DNA of 64,000 bases, taken from the NCBI GenBank assembly GCA_964450805.1, contig CAYVDD010000001.1, positions 254,365 through 318,364 of the forward strand, given 5' to 3'. Of the stretch, positions 53,585-63,373 are shown piece after piece (positions within the stretch are counted from its first letter, which is position 1; every line of letters starts with the position of its first letter). Made by a program: the position numbers and the translations under genes. The notes under the pieces are model-generated. The model was not told the DNA's origin and did no database searches. It saw only the letters and a program-made list of their open reading frames with translations. This DNA is from an uncultured Candidatus Saccharibacteria bacterium. Its GTDB lineage: Bacteria; Patescibacteriota; Minisyncoccia; Minisyncoccales; JANBVM01.

Positions 53585-55006
53585 TTAATCTTGAGATGTT
53601 TTTCTTCTTAAAAATGCAGGTCTTTCCCAAAGCTTTTCTTTAGAAACTATTTCAGCCTCTTCTTCTTCCATTTCTTTTTTAATCTGTAAAGCATTTTTTC
53701 TTATTTTTACATTTTCTTTTTGTTCAACAGGTTGAACTAAAGATAACGGGGTTTCTAAAACTCTTACTGATTTGGGAGACTTAATCTTTTTAATTTTAAC
53801 TTTTATTTTTTTTACCTTTTTTATTCTTTTCATTTTTACTTTTTCCTCTTTCCTTGCTTTAGATTCGGTTAAAACTTTAACTTTTTCTTTGCTCTTTTTA
53901 ATAAGACCTATTTCATTACAGCCAGTACCCAACAAAGTTATTTTAATTCTTGGATTTTTGCTTTCTCGAGAAACACCAAAAATAATTTTTGCTTCTTTAC
54001 TTGCCAGATTGGAAATGGTTTCAGCAATCTGATTAACCTGAAGCAAAGAAAGGTCTTTCTGGCCTGAGATATTGAATAAAACTCCTTTAGCTCCACTAAT
54101 ACCATAAGAATAAAGCGGGTAATTTATTATTTTATCAAGCGCATCTTTGTCATCATCTTTTGAAAGTTCCATTGAGTTTAGATAAGTTAACTTTCCCCTG
54201 CCATCAAAAATAGTTCTTAAATCAGCAAAATCAATATTAATTAATCCTGGCTTATATATTATCTTAATTAAACTCTGAATACTATTTGATAAGTTCCTGT
54301 TAATAGCTGATAAAGCTTTTTTAAGAGGTGCACTTCTATCAATGATCTGAAAGATTCTTTCATTGGGAATAATAGAAAAAGCATTTAATTCTGTACTCAA
54401 GCTTTCTAAAGATTTTCTGGCAGTTTCTATTTTTTTATCTCCTTCAAAATTAAAAGGTAGGGTAAAAATACCATAGGTTAAATTATTTAGACTTTTTGAT
54501 AGTTTTGCAAAAATTGGTGCTGCCCCAGAGCCCAGTCCTCCTCCCAAACAAGAAACTAAAATAATAAAATCCTGATCTTTTAATATTTCCTTAATCCTAT
54601 CTCTTTCGTATCTAGCAGCTTCTTCACCTATACTAGCATTCATGCCAGTACCCAATCCATAAGTTAAAGATTCACCAAACTGAAACTTTTTAACTTTTTT
54701 AGATAATGAACTTAAAGCTTTAATGTCTGTATTTGCTGCGTAAAAAGAAGCTCCTTTTATTTTTTGAGCAATTTCAGAAACTATAGAACCTCCGCCACCA
54801 CCGATACCAATCAGCCTGATTTTTATTTTTTTTATTGGTTTTCCATCCTCTTCAAACCCGGTTTTTCTAGGTCTTCCTCTTTTTCTAGGTCTTCCTCTTT
54901 TTCTAAGCATGCCTATTTTTTTTGGTCTTCCTCTTTTTCTAGGTCTTCCTCTTTTTCTTTTTAAGGTAGTTTTTTTACGCTTATTTATTTTTTTTCTTCT
55001 TGCCAT
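53585..55006 (-). CDS. ftsZ: Cell division GTPase FtsZ with an N-terminal AT-hook repeat extension
   Basis: 'GIGGGGGSIVSEIA', 'GGGLGSGAAPIFAKL' (tubulin signature) and the T7 loop. N-terminal 'RKRGRPRKRGRPKK...RKRGRPRKRGRPRK'. Confidence 0.85.
   Translation of the reverse strand: MARRKKINKRKKTTLKRKRGRPRKRGRPKKIGMLRKRGRPRKRGRPRKTGFEEDGKPIKKIKIRLIGIGGGGGSIVSEIAQKIKGASFYAANTDIKALSSLSKKVKKFQFGESLTYGLGTGMNASIGEEAARYERDRIKEILKDQDFIILVSCLGGGLGSGAAPIFAKLSKSLNNLTYGIFTLPFNFEGDKKIETARKSLESLSTELNAFSIIPNERIFQIIDRSAPLKKALSAINRNLSNSIQSLIKIIYKPGLINIDFADLRTIFDGRGKLTYLNSMELSKDDDKDALDKIINYPLYSYGISGAKGVLFNISGQKDLSLLQVNQIAETISNLASKEAKIIFGVSRESKNPRIKITLLGTGCNEIGLIKKSKEKVKVLTESKARKEEKVKMKRIKKVKKIKVKIKKIKSPKSVRVLETPLSLVQPVEQKENVKIRKNALQIKKEMEEEEAEIVSKEKLWERPAFLRRKTSQD
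54840..55000 (-). repeat. Tandem nucleotide repeats encoding four RGRPRK AT-hook motifs at the FtsZ N-terminus
   Basis: Plus-strand repeats of 'ggtcttcctctttttcta' (x4) between 54860 and 54960. Confidence 0.6.
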
Positions 55007-55205
55007 TGTTTAAGTATAAGATTTTCACTATAAATGGTCAAATTGATAATAATTATATCAAGTTTTAATAAAAATAAAAATAAAATGCTTTACGTTTTTG
55101 ATTTTTGGAATAAAAAAAAGACTTTTTTTTAGTAAAAAGTCATAAAGTCATTTACCGCTTGACAAAATCCTAAGGAAAAAGATATCCTAAAAACAAAATA
55201 TAAAA

Positions 55206-55382
55206 GTGAAGAAGCTGCTATCAGACGAACAAAGAAAAAAAGAAATAGAACATTTAAAAAAGGTGAGGGATATTATATTAGACTTATGCGTTTTAGAAGG
55301 GAAAGGGGGTAAAGGCGAATACCTAAAAATCCTAAACAATAAAATTGAGGAATTACAAAAGGGTTCTTGCGGTAAAATTTAA
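55206..55382 (+). CDS. Possible small protein (58 aa, GTG start) with its own promoter and terminator
   Basis: TTGACA at 55159. A GTG ORF 'VKKLLSDEQRKKEIEHLKKVRDIILDL...'. A hairpin plus T8 immediately downstream. Confidence 0.25.
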   Translation: MKKLLSDEQRKKEIEHLKKVRDIILDLCVLEGKGGKGEYLKILNNKIEELQKGSCGKI

Positions 55383-55386
55383 TTAA

Positions 55387-55420
55387 GCAGAAGGTTGTTT
55401 ATCTATCCTTCTTTTTTTTA
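55387..55420 (+). terminator. Rho-independent terminator
   Basis: Hairpin gaagg-ttgtttatctat-ccttc, followed by T9. Confidence 0.4.
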
Positions 55421-55510
55421 TGAGCTGATATTAGAATCTGTCTTATAAAATAAAAAAAAGCGGGTGGATATAACAACCGCACCGCCGATTATTCTATTCT
55501 AAAGAACTAT

Positions 55511-55717
55511 TTATTCATAATCATAAGATTCATTCCATATCTTTTTATTGTTTAAAAAAACGATTGCTTCTTTATGCGGATAGCCGTGCACTCCAATCTT
55601 ACCCTCTATGATAAGACTAAACTTATCATTTCTGTCTACTATATTTACCGCTAAATCATCTATATACTTTTTCATCCCAATAATTATTTTATTCAGAAAA
55701 TCTGTTTTTTTTACCAA
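55511..55717 (-). CDS. Hypothetical small protein (68 aa)
   Basis: ORF only. No motif. Confidence 0.25.
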   Translation of the reverse strand: MVKKTDFLNKIIIGMKKYIDDLAVNIVDRNDKFSLIIEGKIGVHGYPHKEAIVFLNNKKIWNESYDYE

Positions 55718-55743
55718 TTTTTATTTCACCTCTTTTTTTTATT

Positions 55744-55773
55744 AAAAATAAAAACCTCTTTTTGAAAAGAGGT
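55744..55773 (-). terminator. Rho-independent terminator downstream of tRNA-Gln
   Basis: Hairpin cctcttt-ttga-aaagagg, followed on the minus strand by U9. Confidence 0.4.
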
Positions 55774-55965
55774 TGGTCAAAAGATATTTTAAAACCGCAA
55801 AACCAACCCCTTAAAAAAAGGTTGTAGTTGTGGTAATGGTAATATCTTTAAGAAAATAACGTATATTCATAACTTGGCTCTTTTATATAAGACGATTTTT
55901 TTACTATTTTATTACACTTAATAACAATAAAAAAAGTATCTCGGTCTATATATTAAACTGGCTGT

Positions 55966-56035
55966 TGGAGAGCCAGGATTCGAACCTGGAATTTTCACGT
56001 CCAGAGCGTGACGTCTTACCATTCGACTACTCTCC
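55966..56035 (-). tRNA. tRNA-Gln (anticodon CTG)
   Basis: Reverse complement GGAGAGTAGTCGAATGGTAAGACGTCACGCTCTGGACGTGAAAATTCCAGGTTCGAATCCTGGCTCTCCA. The D-loop and T-arm resemble bacterial tRNA-Gln. Confidence 0.7.
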
Positions 56036-56039
56036 AATA

Positions 56040-56948
56040 TTAAACCTTTAAATAACGTTTGATTGCAATACTGCTTGAGAATGTTCCTAATCCTACACCA
56101 GTAACAAGCTGTAGGAATAATAAAGCCCAGAAATTACTTACAAATATATTAAATAAACTAAATCCATAGAAAAAATTCTCTATACCAGGACTTAAAGACC
56201 AGCTTAACAGGCTGAAAAGAAAAAGACAAATAAAAGTAGCAATCAGCCCAGAAATTGCCCCCTGAACCAGGAAAGGTCCTTTAATTGAATTATTAGAAGC
56301 ACCAACAAGCCTCTGAATCTTTATCTCCTTACTAGAATTATAAATAGACAATCTAATAGTATTAAAAGCAACTAAAACTGCTATTAACATTGAAGCGATT
56401 GAGATGAAAATCCCGATTCTAGTAACAGAAGAACTTAGAGAAGAAACTCTTTCAATAATTGATTTGCGTTCATAAAAATCAATTTTTTCAATCAAATCCT
56501 GAAAATCAGCGGTCTCTAAAAAACTAGAAACTGCTCCATACTGGCTTGGCTCCCAGGCCTTAATACTTAAAGAGGCTAAAAAAGGATTTCTTCCCACTTC
56601 CTCAACTGATTCTATTAAGGTAGGGTCTTTTTCATGCCTTTCAATAAATTCTACTAAAGCCTGGTCTGATGAAATATATTCTACTTTTTTTACTTCTGGA
56701 AATTTAGCAATTTCTTTTCTAATACCTAATATATCATCCTCATCTGCTTGTTCTGTAAAATAAACTGAAATGTCAATTTTTTCTTGGGCGCTTGTAATAA
56801 TAAAGCTGCTCAGATTTGTAAAAAGAAAGAGAGAACTAACCAAGCTGATTGCTAAAAACAAAATAAAGATTGTTGCTAAAGCAACTTCTTTGTCCCGTGA
56901 AAAAATCTGCCAGCCTGCACGAAATATTCTTTTAATTGAAAAAATCAT
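56040..56948 (-). CDS. ftsX: Cell division permease FtsX
   Basis: One TM helix, a periplasmic domain and three C-terminal TM helices. It lies downstream of ftsE. Confidence 0.7.
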   Translation of the reverse strand: MIFSIKRIFRAGWQIFSRDKEVALATIFILFLAISLVSSLFLFTNLSSFIITSAQEKIDISVYFTEQADEDDILGIRKEIAKFPEVKKVEYISSDQALVEFIERHEKDPTLIESVEEVGRNPFLASLSIKAWEPSQYGAVSSFLETADFQDLIEKIDFYERKSIIERVSSLSSSVTRIGIFISIASMLIAVLVAFNTIRLSIYNSSKEIKIQRLVGASNNSIKGPFLVQGAISGLIATFICLFLFSLLSWSLSPGIENFFYGFSLFNIFVSNFWALLFLQLVTGVGLGTFSSSIAIKRYLKV

Positions 56949-56975
56949 GTTCTAATTAATAATTAGTATTTTAAT

Positions 56976-57677
56976 TTAAAGTATGAATCTTCCTCTTTTT
57001 TCATCCCTTATAATTCTTCCTTTTTCCAAAGTAATTACTCTTTTTCCCAATTTATTAATGACTTCCCTGTCATGAGTAGACAAAACAACAGTAGTTCCCA
57101 TTTTATTTATTTTAAGCAAAAGTTCTATTATGTCTAAAGTATGATATGGGTCTAAATTTCCAGTTGGTTCATCCGCTAAAATAACTCCAGGCCTGTGAAT
57201 TAAGGCTCTGGCAATAGCTGCTCTCTGCCGTTCTCCTCCAGAAAGCTGGGCTGGAAAATTATTGGCCCTGTCTTTTAGGCCAACTATTTCTAAAATTATT
57301 GGTACAGCTTTTTTAATCTCTTTATCTGAAGCTCCAATCACTTCTAAAATATAGGATATATTTTCGTAAGTTGTTTTTGAAGGAAGCAATTTGTAATCCT
57401 GAAAAACTGCTCCTATTTTTCTTCTTAAATACGGTAAATCTTCTGGTTCTATTTTATGAACATCCTGCTCTTTAAAAAAAACTCTGCCTTTTGTCGGCTT
57501 TTCTTCAGCTAAAAGAAGTTTTAAAAGAGTTGTTTTGCCAGCCCCTGATTTTCCTACAATTGAAACAAAATCCTTTGGTTTTATTTCAAAAGAAACATCT
57601 GCCAAAGCTATTGTTGGTTTAAAGCCAGAAACATGACAAGGATAGATTTTTGTAATATTTTCAAACTTAATCATCAC
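56976..57677 (-). CDS. ftsE: Cell division ABC ATPase FtsE
   Basis: Walker A 'GKSGAGKTT', signature 'LSGGERQR' and Walker B 'ILADEPTGNLD'. Confidence 0.8.
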   Translation of the reverse strand: MMIKFENITKIYPCHVSGFKPTIALADVSFEIKPKDFVSIVGKSGAGKTTLLKLLLAEEKPTKGRVFFKEQDVHKIEPEDLPYLRRKIGAVFQDYKLLPSKTTYENISYILEVIGASDKEIKKAVPIILEIVGLKDRANNFPAQLSGGERQRAAIARALIHRPGVILADEPTGNLDPYHTLDIIELLLKINKMGTTVVLSTHDREVINKLGKRVITLEKGRIIRDEKRGRFIL

Positions 57678-58732
57678 CTTTTAAACGAATTTCTGCTTCA
57701 ATGAATTCATCTAAATCACCATTTAATACTTGTTCAATTTTAGCAGTTTCCTTTTCAGTTCTTAAATCCTTTACTAATTTATATGGATGAAGAACATAGC
57801 TTCTGATCTGATTTCCCCAGCTCGCAGATATCTTTTCTCCTTTAATTTTTGAAACCTTTTGTTTCTGGTTTTCTTTATAAAACTTGTGAAGTCGGGAATA
57901 AAGAAGCTCAGTTGCCTTTTTTTTATTACTAGCCTGAGATCTTTCTGATTGGCAGGCAGCAATAATTTTAGTTGGCAGGTGTGTAATTCTAACTGCTGTT
58001 TCACGTTTATTAACATACTGACCGCCTGGACCAGAAGCTCTGAAAACTTCAATTTTTAAATCTTCAGGCTTTACCTGTATATCTTCCAATTCTTCAATCT
58101 TAGGCATCACTTCAACCAAAGCAAAAGAAGTATGTCTTATTCCTTTGGCTGAAAAAGGAGAAATTCTGACCAATCTATGAACTCCACTTTCTTTTTTTAA
58201 AAAACCATAAGAAAACTTTCCCTTGATTTCTAAAGTAACTGATTTAGTTCCAATTCTTCCTTCAGGACCTCCAGCTTCAGCAAAAGATTGATTCAGGATT
58301 TTAGTTTTAAATTTTTTATTCTCGCAATATCTTTCATACATTCTAAGCAGCATTGTTGCCCAATCCTGGGCATCCTGACCTCCAGCTCCAGAATAGATTG
58401 ATAAAATTGCATTTCCTCTATCGTATTTCCCTAAAAAAAGAGTTTGAATTTCTTTTTCTTTTAATCTGCCTTCAATCTCTTTAATATCTTCTTCGTTTTT
58501 TAATTCCTCTATCTCTTTTTTTAACTTATCAAATTCAGCTAATTCTTGCGTTATTTGACTGGTTTTTTGGGTTATTTTTACTGCTTTTTCCTTATCCTGC
58601 CAGAGATTTGGGTCTTGAACCTGTTTCTCTAATTCTTTTAAATTCTTTCTTTTGTTTTCAATGTCAAAGCCAGTCCATCAATTGATGGAGTTTAATTTTT
58701 AAATCTTCAATTCTCTCGTTTAAGTTTTCCAT
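57667..58732 (-). CDS. prfB: Peptide chain release factor 2, made by a programmed +1 frameshift at CUU UGA C
   Basis: Frame-1 ORF 'MENLNERIEDLKIKLHQLMDWL' ends at TGA within 'CTT TGA C' (plus 58663-58669). The +1 frame continues '...GAGGQDAQDW...MLLRMYERY...SPF...GGQ'. Confidence 0.8.
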
Positions 58733-58780
58733 ATTGAAAATAATAACATAAATCTGCTTAAAATAAAAGAAAATTACTTG

Positions 58781-58853
58781 AGCCAGTGGTCAGGATTGAA
58801 CTGACGGCCTAGCGCTTACGAAGCGCTTGCTCTGCCAACTGAGCTACACTGGC
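58781..58853 (-). tRNA. tRNA-Thr (anticodon CGT)
   Basis: Reverse complement GCCAGTGTAGCTCAGTTGGCAGAGCAAGCGCTTCGTAAGCGCTAGGCCGTCAGTTCAATCCTGACCACTGGCT. Confidence 0.8.
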
Positions 58854-58861
58854 AAATATCA

Positions 58862-58932
58862 AGCAGGTGACGGGAATCGAACCCGCGTAACTTGCTTGGG
58901 AAGCAAGCACACTGCCATTATGTTACACCTGC
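58862..58932 (-). tRNA. tRNA-Gly (anticodon CCC)
   Basis: Reverse complement GCAGGTGTAACATAATGGCAGTGTGCTTGCTTCCCAAGCAAGTTACGCGGGTTCGATTCCCGTCACCTGCT. Confidence 0.8.
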
Positions 58933-58944
58933 GCATTATTTTTG

Positions 58945-59361
58945 CTAGTCTTTGTTAATTATTTTATTAAAAAAATCTTTAACAACTTCCAGTATTTCCT
59001 GAATAAAACTTTTTTCTGAAACAGTTTCTTCTTTCTGTGCACTTTCCGGACCTAAAACCACAACTTGTTGTTCCCCTTCTTTCACATATCCCTGTTCTCT
59101 CACCCTCTCCTCCCAGTAAACATCTTTCTGAGTTTCTGAAATGCCTGCTTCCAGTCTTTGTTTTTCATTCTCAAGCATCTGGATTTCTTCTGTCAAACTT
59201 TCAATTCTTTTACTTAACTCCCCTCTTTTTTTAATAATCCTATAATTTGAAATTATTAAATAACTTATAAAGAATATAAATAAAAGCACAAATATGACTT
59301 GGAAAAACAAATCTTCTCTTCTTGAACCAGACTTTTTTTGTCTTTTAGATTTTGCTATCAT
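58945..59361 (-). CDS. Septum formation initiator family protein (FtsB/DivIC-like)
   Basis: N-terminal TM helix, a coiled coil 'LTEEIQMLENEKQRLEAGI' and a short C-terminal domain. Confidence 0.45.
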   Translation of the reverse strand: MIAKSKRQKKSGSRREDLFFQVIFVLLFIFFISYLIISNYRIIKKRGELSKRIESLTEEIQMLENEKQRLEAGISETQKDVYWEERVREQGYVKEGEQQVVVLGPESAQKEETVSEKSFIQEILEVVKDFFNKIINKD

Positions 59362-59378
59362 AAACTAATCTTTGCTTT

Positions 59379-59483
59379 ATGAAAAAGAAACAAACTCGAA
59401 AAATATTTAAAACAATGTGGATTTTTCTGGTAGTCTTGATCGTTTTAAGTATGGTTTCATTTCTGATTGCTCCTCTTTTATAA
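59379..59483 (+). CDS. Possible small TM peptide (34 aa) between divergent or parallel genes
   Basis: ATG ORF 'MKKKQTRKIFKTMWIFLVVLIVLSMVSFLIAPLL'. Confidence 0.2.
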   Translation: MKKKQTRKIFKTMWIFLVVLIVLSMVSFLIAPLL

Positions 59484-59517
59484 TGCTAATAAAATTTTAG
59501 CAAGCAGGTCAACTCTA

Positions 59518-61302
59518 TTAACTTTCTTTAAATATCTCTAAAAATACTTTTGAGGGGATGCTTACTTGTCCCCTTATCTTCAGTTTTTTCTTACCTTTTT
59601 TTTGTCTTTCAAGCAACTTTCTTTTTCTTGTTACATCACCTCCGTACAAAGGAGCAGTAACATCTCTTCTTCTTGCTTTTATTGTTTCTCTGGCAATTAT
59701 TCTTCCTGAAATTACTGCCTGAACAGGAACAGAAAAAAGCTGGGGAGGCAAGACTTCTTTTAATTTTACAACTATCTTTCTTCCTTGTTTATAGGCTTCG
59801 TCCTTTTCAACAATCTTTGAAAGAACATCTTCTTTTTTTCCTGCAATTAAAACATCAAGTTTAACCAAGTCAGCAGGCCTATAGCCCAAAACTTCGTAAT
59901 TCATTGAAGCAAAACCTTGGCTTACTCCTTTTAATTTATCAAAAAATCCAACAACTATTTTCCGCAAAGGGATTTCATAAATTAAAATTAATTTTTCCTG
60001 GCTTAGATATCTTGTTTCAATCTGATTTGCCTTTGAATCTTTTAATAGTCCTGAAACAGCTCCTAAATAATTAAGAGGAGTAATAATTTCTAATTTCACC
60101 CAAGGTTCTTGAGCTTGTTTAATTTCCACTCTCTCTGGCCAATCTCCAGCAGAATAAATAAATCTTTCATTGCCTTTTCTATTAATTACCTTGTAAACAA
60201 CAGAGGGGACAGAAATAATTAAGTTTAAATCAAACTCTCTTTTCAGGCGTTCACAAATTATTTCAGCATGAAGACTGCCTAAGAAACCACAGCGGAAGCC
60301 TCTGCCTAAAAACTCTTTTCTTTCTCTTTCAAAAACAAGCGATGCATCGTTTAATTTTAGCTTTTTTAAAGCTTCCTGGAGCATCTCAAAATCATTCGGG
60401 TCTTCAGAATAAATAGAAGCAAAAACCATTGGTCTAGGTTTTTTATAGCCTGGCAAAGCTTTTATTTGCTTTGTTTTTATACTAGTCATTGTTTCACCAA
60501 CCCTGATATTCGCAAACTCTTTTACTCCTGTAGCAACATATCCAATCTCACCTGCTTTAATCTCCTGACAAGGCTTTAATTCTGGTGAAAAATATCCGAC
60601 TTCTTTAACTTGAGTTTCTATTTTCCCCTGAATCAAATAAATCCTATCGCCAGCTTTAACTTTCCCATCAAATAATCTTACATAAACTATAACGCCTTTG
60701 TAGGCATCGTATTTTGAATCAAAAATTAAAGCTTTTAATGGTTTGCTCTCATCTCCTTTTGGCGGAGGAACTTTATCAACAACAGACTGCAAAATATTTT
60801 CAACATTAGTGCCTTTTTTCCCTGATATTGCAAAAATCTCATCTTTAGAAACATTAAGTATCTTTGAGATATCTTTTTTTGTTTCTTCAACCTGAGCATG
60901 GACAAGGTCGATTTTGTTTGCTGCTGAAATAATAATTAAGTTTTGTTTTTGAGCTAAATCCAAATTAGCCAAGGTTTGAGCCTGAATTCCTTTTGTTGCA
61001 TCAACAAGCAAAATCCCTCCTTCAACCGCTGTTAAACTTCTGGAAACCTCATAATTAAAATCAACATGACCAGGCGTGTCTATTAAATTAAGAACATAGC
61101 CTTTCCAATTCATTCTTACTGGCTGCATTTTAATGGTGATTCCTTTTTCCCTTTCCAGATCCATCATGTCTAAGAATTGAGAGTGCATCTTTTCTTTGGG
61201 AATAGTGCCGGTAATCTCTAAAAACCTATCAGCTAAAGTTGATTTTCCATGGTCAATGTGGCTAAAAATAATAAAGTTTCTAGTATTATTCATAATCATC
61301 AA
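59518..61302 (-). CDS. lepA: Elongation factor 4 (LepA)
   Basis: 'IIFSHIDHGKSTLADR' G1, and a LepA-specific C-terminal domain. Confidence 0.9.
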   Translation of the reverse strand: MMIMNNTRNFIIFSHIDHGKSTLADRFLEITGTIPKEKMHSQFLDMMDLEREKGITIKMQPVRMNWKGYVLNLIDTPGHVDFNYEVSRSLTAVEGGILLVDATKGIQAQTLANLDLAQKQNLIIISAANKIDLVHAQVEETKKDISKILNVSKDEIFAISGKKGTNVENILQSVVDKVPPPKGDESKPLKALIFDSKYDAYKGVIVYVRLFDGKVKAGDRIYLIQGKIETQVKEVGYFSPELKPCQEIKAGEIGYVATGVKEFANIRVGETMTSIKTKQIKALPGYKKPRPMVFASIYSEDPNDFEMLQEALKKLKLNDASLVFERERKEFLGRGFRCGFLGSLHAEIICERLKREFDLNLIISVPSVVYKVINRKGNERFIYSAGDWPERVEIKQAQEPWVKLEIITPLNYLGAVSGLLKDSKANQIETRYLSQEKLILIYEIPLRKIVVGFFDKLKGVSQGFASMNYEVLGYRPADLVKLDVLIAGKKEDVLSKIVEKDEAYKQGRKIVVKLKEVLPPQLFSVPVQAVISGRIIARETIKARRRDVTAPLYGGDVTRKRKLLERQKKGKKKLKIRGQVSIPSKVFLEIFKES

Positions 61303-62935
61303 CTCTAGGCAAAAACTTGTTTAAAAACAATGTCTTAACGCTTTGAACTTCAGCTGAACCAAAGATAAAAGTAATAATCAAATAAGCTGAAAAACCAATA
61401 AAACTAATAAGGATTAACTGATAAAGTTCAGAATCTATTAGTTTAATTCGCAAGAAACTGAATTGAACAATAAATATCATTAAGATGCCTGCAACCAAAA
61501 TCTTTAAAAGTGAAATAAGAATTTCTTTTGCCCCAAAATCACCAATTCTTCTTTTAAGAAAAATCAAAAATAAACAAAACTCTAAAGCAAGACTTATTAA
61601 ATAGGCTAAAGGAAAGCCCAAAACAGAAATATCACTAACTTGATAAAGGGAAAAGTTTTTAATTAAAAAATCTTTTAATCCTGCTGCCTGCAAAGAATCT
61701 GGTTTTAAAGCATTGGTTAAAAGTAAGCTAAAAATAATATTTACAATTACAAAAATAACAGCAAGAAAAGTTGGTGTTTTTGTGTCTTTGAAGGAAAAGA
61801 ATGCTCTGAAAAATAAAGGTCTGAGTGATGCAAATAAAATCCCAAAACAGAAGAGCCCTACACTGGCGCTAACAAGCTGTGCTGCTTCAGCGCTGAACTG
61901 ACCGTGTCTTAAAATAAGATTAATTATTTGATTTCTTAAAATAAACATTAAAATAACTACTGGCAGAGCCAAATAAATAATCTGGCGGAAAACCAAAGAA
62001 AAGCTCTTAATAAATTTTTCTTTTTTATTTTCTGACCAAGCACGAGATAATTCTGGAAAAACTGCTGTTGCAAAAGAAATACCAATAATTGCAATTGGGA
62101 AAAGGCGGATATTATTAGCGAAATTAAAAACTGAAATAGAACCAACAACTAAAGTTGAAGCAATGGCATTAATGATAATTGTATTTATCTGCAGGCTGGA
62201 AACTCCAAAAGCCCTAGGAATCATCAGCAAAAACACTTTTTTAATCTTTGGATCTTTGAAATTAAAAACTGGGCTATACCTAAACCCGCAGTTTACTACT
62301 GAAGGAATCTGGATTAAGAAGTGCAACAATGCTCCAACAATAACTCCTAATATTACCCCTAATATTCCTAAGTATGGAGAAAGAAATAGAATACCAAAAA
62401 TGATTGACAGATTATATACAATTGGAGCGAAGCTATAAATTAAAAATCTGTGAAAGTATTGAAGAATGCTGGAAAAAATTGAACTCAATCCAAAAAAAAT
62501 CGGACTCAAAAGCATTAATCTTGTTAAAAGTATTGTTTTATTTATCTGCCAGTCATTAAAACCAGGAGCAATGAGTTTTGTAATATATGGAGTGAATATT
62601 AAAAGAATTAAAGATAAACAAACCAGTAAAAATAAAAAGATATTCAAAGTGTTTGATGTAAACTCCCAAGCTTCATCAGAATCTTTTGAAAAATACTCTG
62701 AAAACAAAGGCAGGAAAGCAGCAACAATTCCTCCTAAAATAAATATTTGATACACAAAATCAGGAATCTTAAAAGCAGCAAAATACACATCAAGCTCCAA
62801 CCCAGCTCCAAAATTCCTAGCCAAAAGCCAATCTCTAATAAGTCCTAAAAATCTGCTCATTAAATGAGATGCAGCTAAAATCACTGCAGCAAAACCCACT
62901 CTTTTTGTTTGATGATTTAAAAAATTTAAATTCAT
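61286..62935 (-). CDS. murJ: Lipid II flippase MurJ (MviN)
   Basis: 14-TM MOP superfamily protein with N-terminus 'AAVILAASHLMSRFLGLIRDWLLARNFGAG'. Confidence 0.8.
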   Translation of the reverse strand: MNLNFLNHQTKRVGFAAVILAASHLMSRFLGLIRDWLLARNFGAGLELDVYFAAFKIPDFVYQIFILGGIVAAFLPLFSEYFSKDSDEAWEFTSNTLNIFLFLLVCLSLILLIFTPYITKLIAPGFNDWQINKTILLTRLMLLSPIFFGLSSIFSSILQYFHRFLIYSFAPIVYNLSIIFGILFLSPYLGILGVILGVIVGALLHFLIQIPSVVNCGFRYSPVFNFKDPKIKKVFLLMIPRAFGVSSLQINTIIINAIASTLVVGSISVFNFANNIRLFPIAIIGISFATAVFPELSRAWSENKKEKFIKSFSLVFRQIIYLALPVVILMFILRNQIINLILRHGQFSAEAAQLVSASVGLFCFGILFASLRPLFFRAFFSFKDTKTPTFLAVIFVIVNIIFSLLLTNALKPDSLQAAGLKDFLIKNFSLYQVSDISVLGFPLAYLISLALEFCLFLIFLKRRIGDFGAKEILISLLKILVAGILMIFIVQFSFLRIKLIDSELYQLILISFIGFSAYLIITFIFGSAEVQSVKTLFLNKFLPRVDDYE

Positions 62936-62979
62936 ATATCTTGTTGTTCTATAAGGCTATTTTACACAAATTATCTCAT

Positions 62980-63008
62980 TTGACAAAGTTTATTAAAATT
63001 AGTAGAAT
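62980..63008 (+). promoter_or_regulatory. Sigma70-like promoter for rnpB (TTGACA-N17-TAGAAT)
   Basis: TTGACA at 62980-62985 and TAGAAT at 63003-63008. Confidence 0.5.
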
Positions 63009-63015
63009 ATATTTA

Positions 63016-63368
63016 TCCTAACAAGTCGGGTAATCGCTCTTTATTGAAAAATAAAGGGAGGAAAGTCCGAACACTTACTCTCCATTTACTGGGGGTTAAA
63101 AAGGTAGCGGCTAACAGCCGTCACTTCGGAAAACATAACTGAAGTAGAGGTGCGAGCAGAGACGTGCAAGACCGAAAGGTCAAGCATCCCGTTTTACGGG
63201 CTAGTCCTATAGCAATATAGGAGTGAAACGGCTAAATCCTTACCAGGTGCAAGAACAAATCCTTTGGCTTTTGTTAAAGGAAAAAGTAGTTCGCATGAGC
63301 CCTGAAGCAATTCAGAGCCAAGATAAATGATTACTTAAAACAGAATTCGGCTTATGGACTTGTTAGGA
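63016..63368 (+). ncRNA. rnpB: RNase P RNA (bacterial type A, reduced, about 350 nt)
   Basis: P4 strands 'GGGAGGAAAGTCCG' and 'ACAGAATTCGGCTTAT'. P1 pairing cctaacaagtc / gacttgttagg. Confidence 0.75.
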
Positions 63369-63373
63369 TAAAC

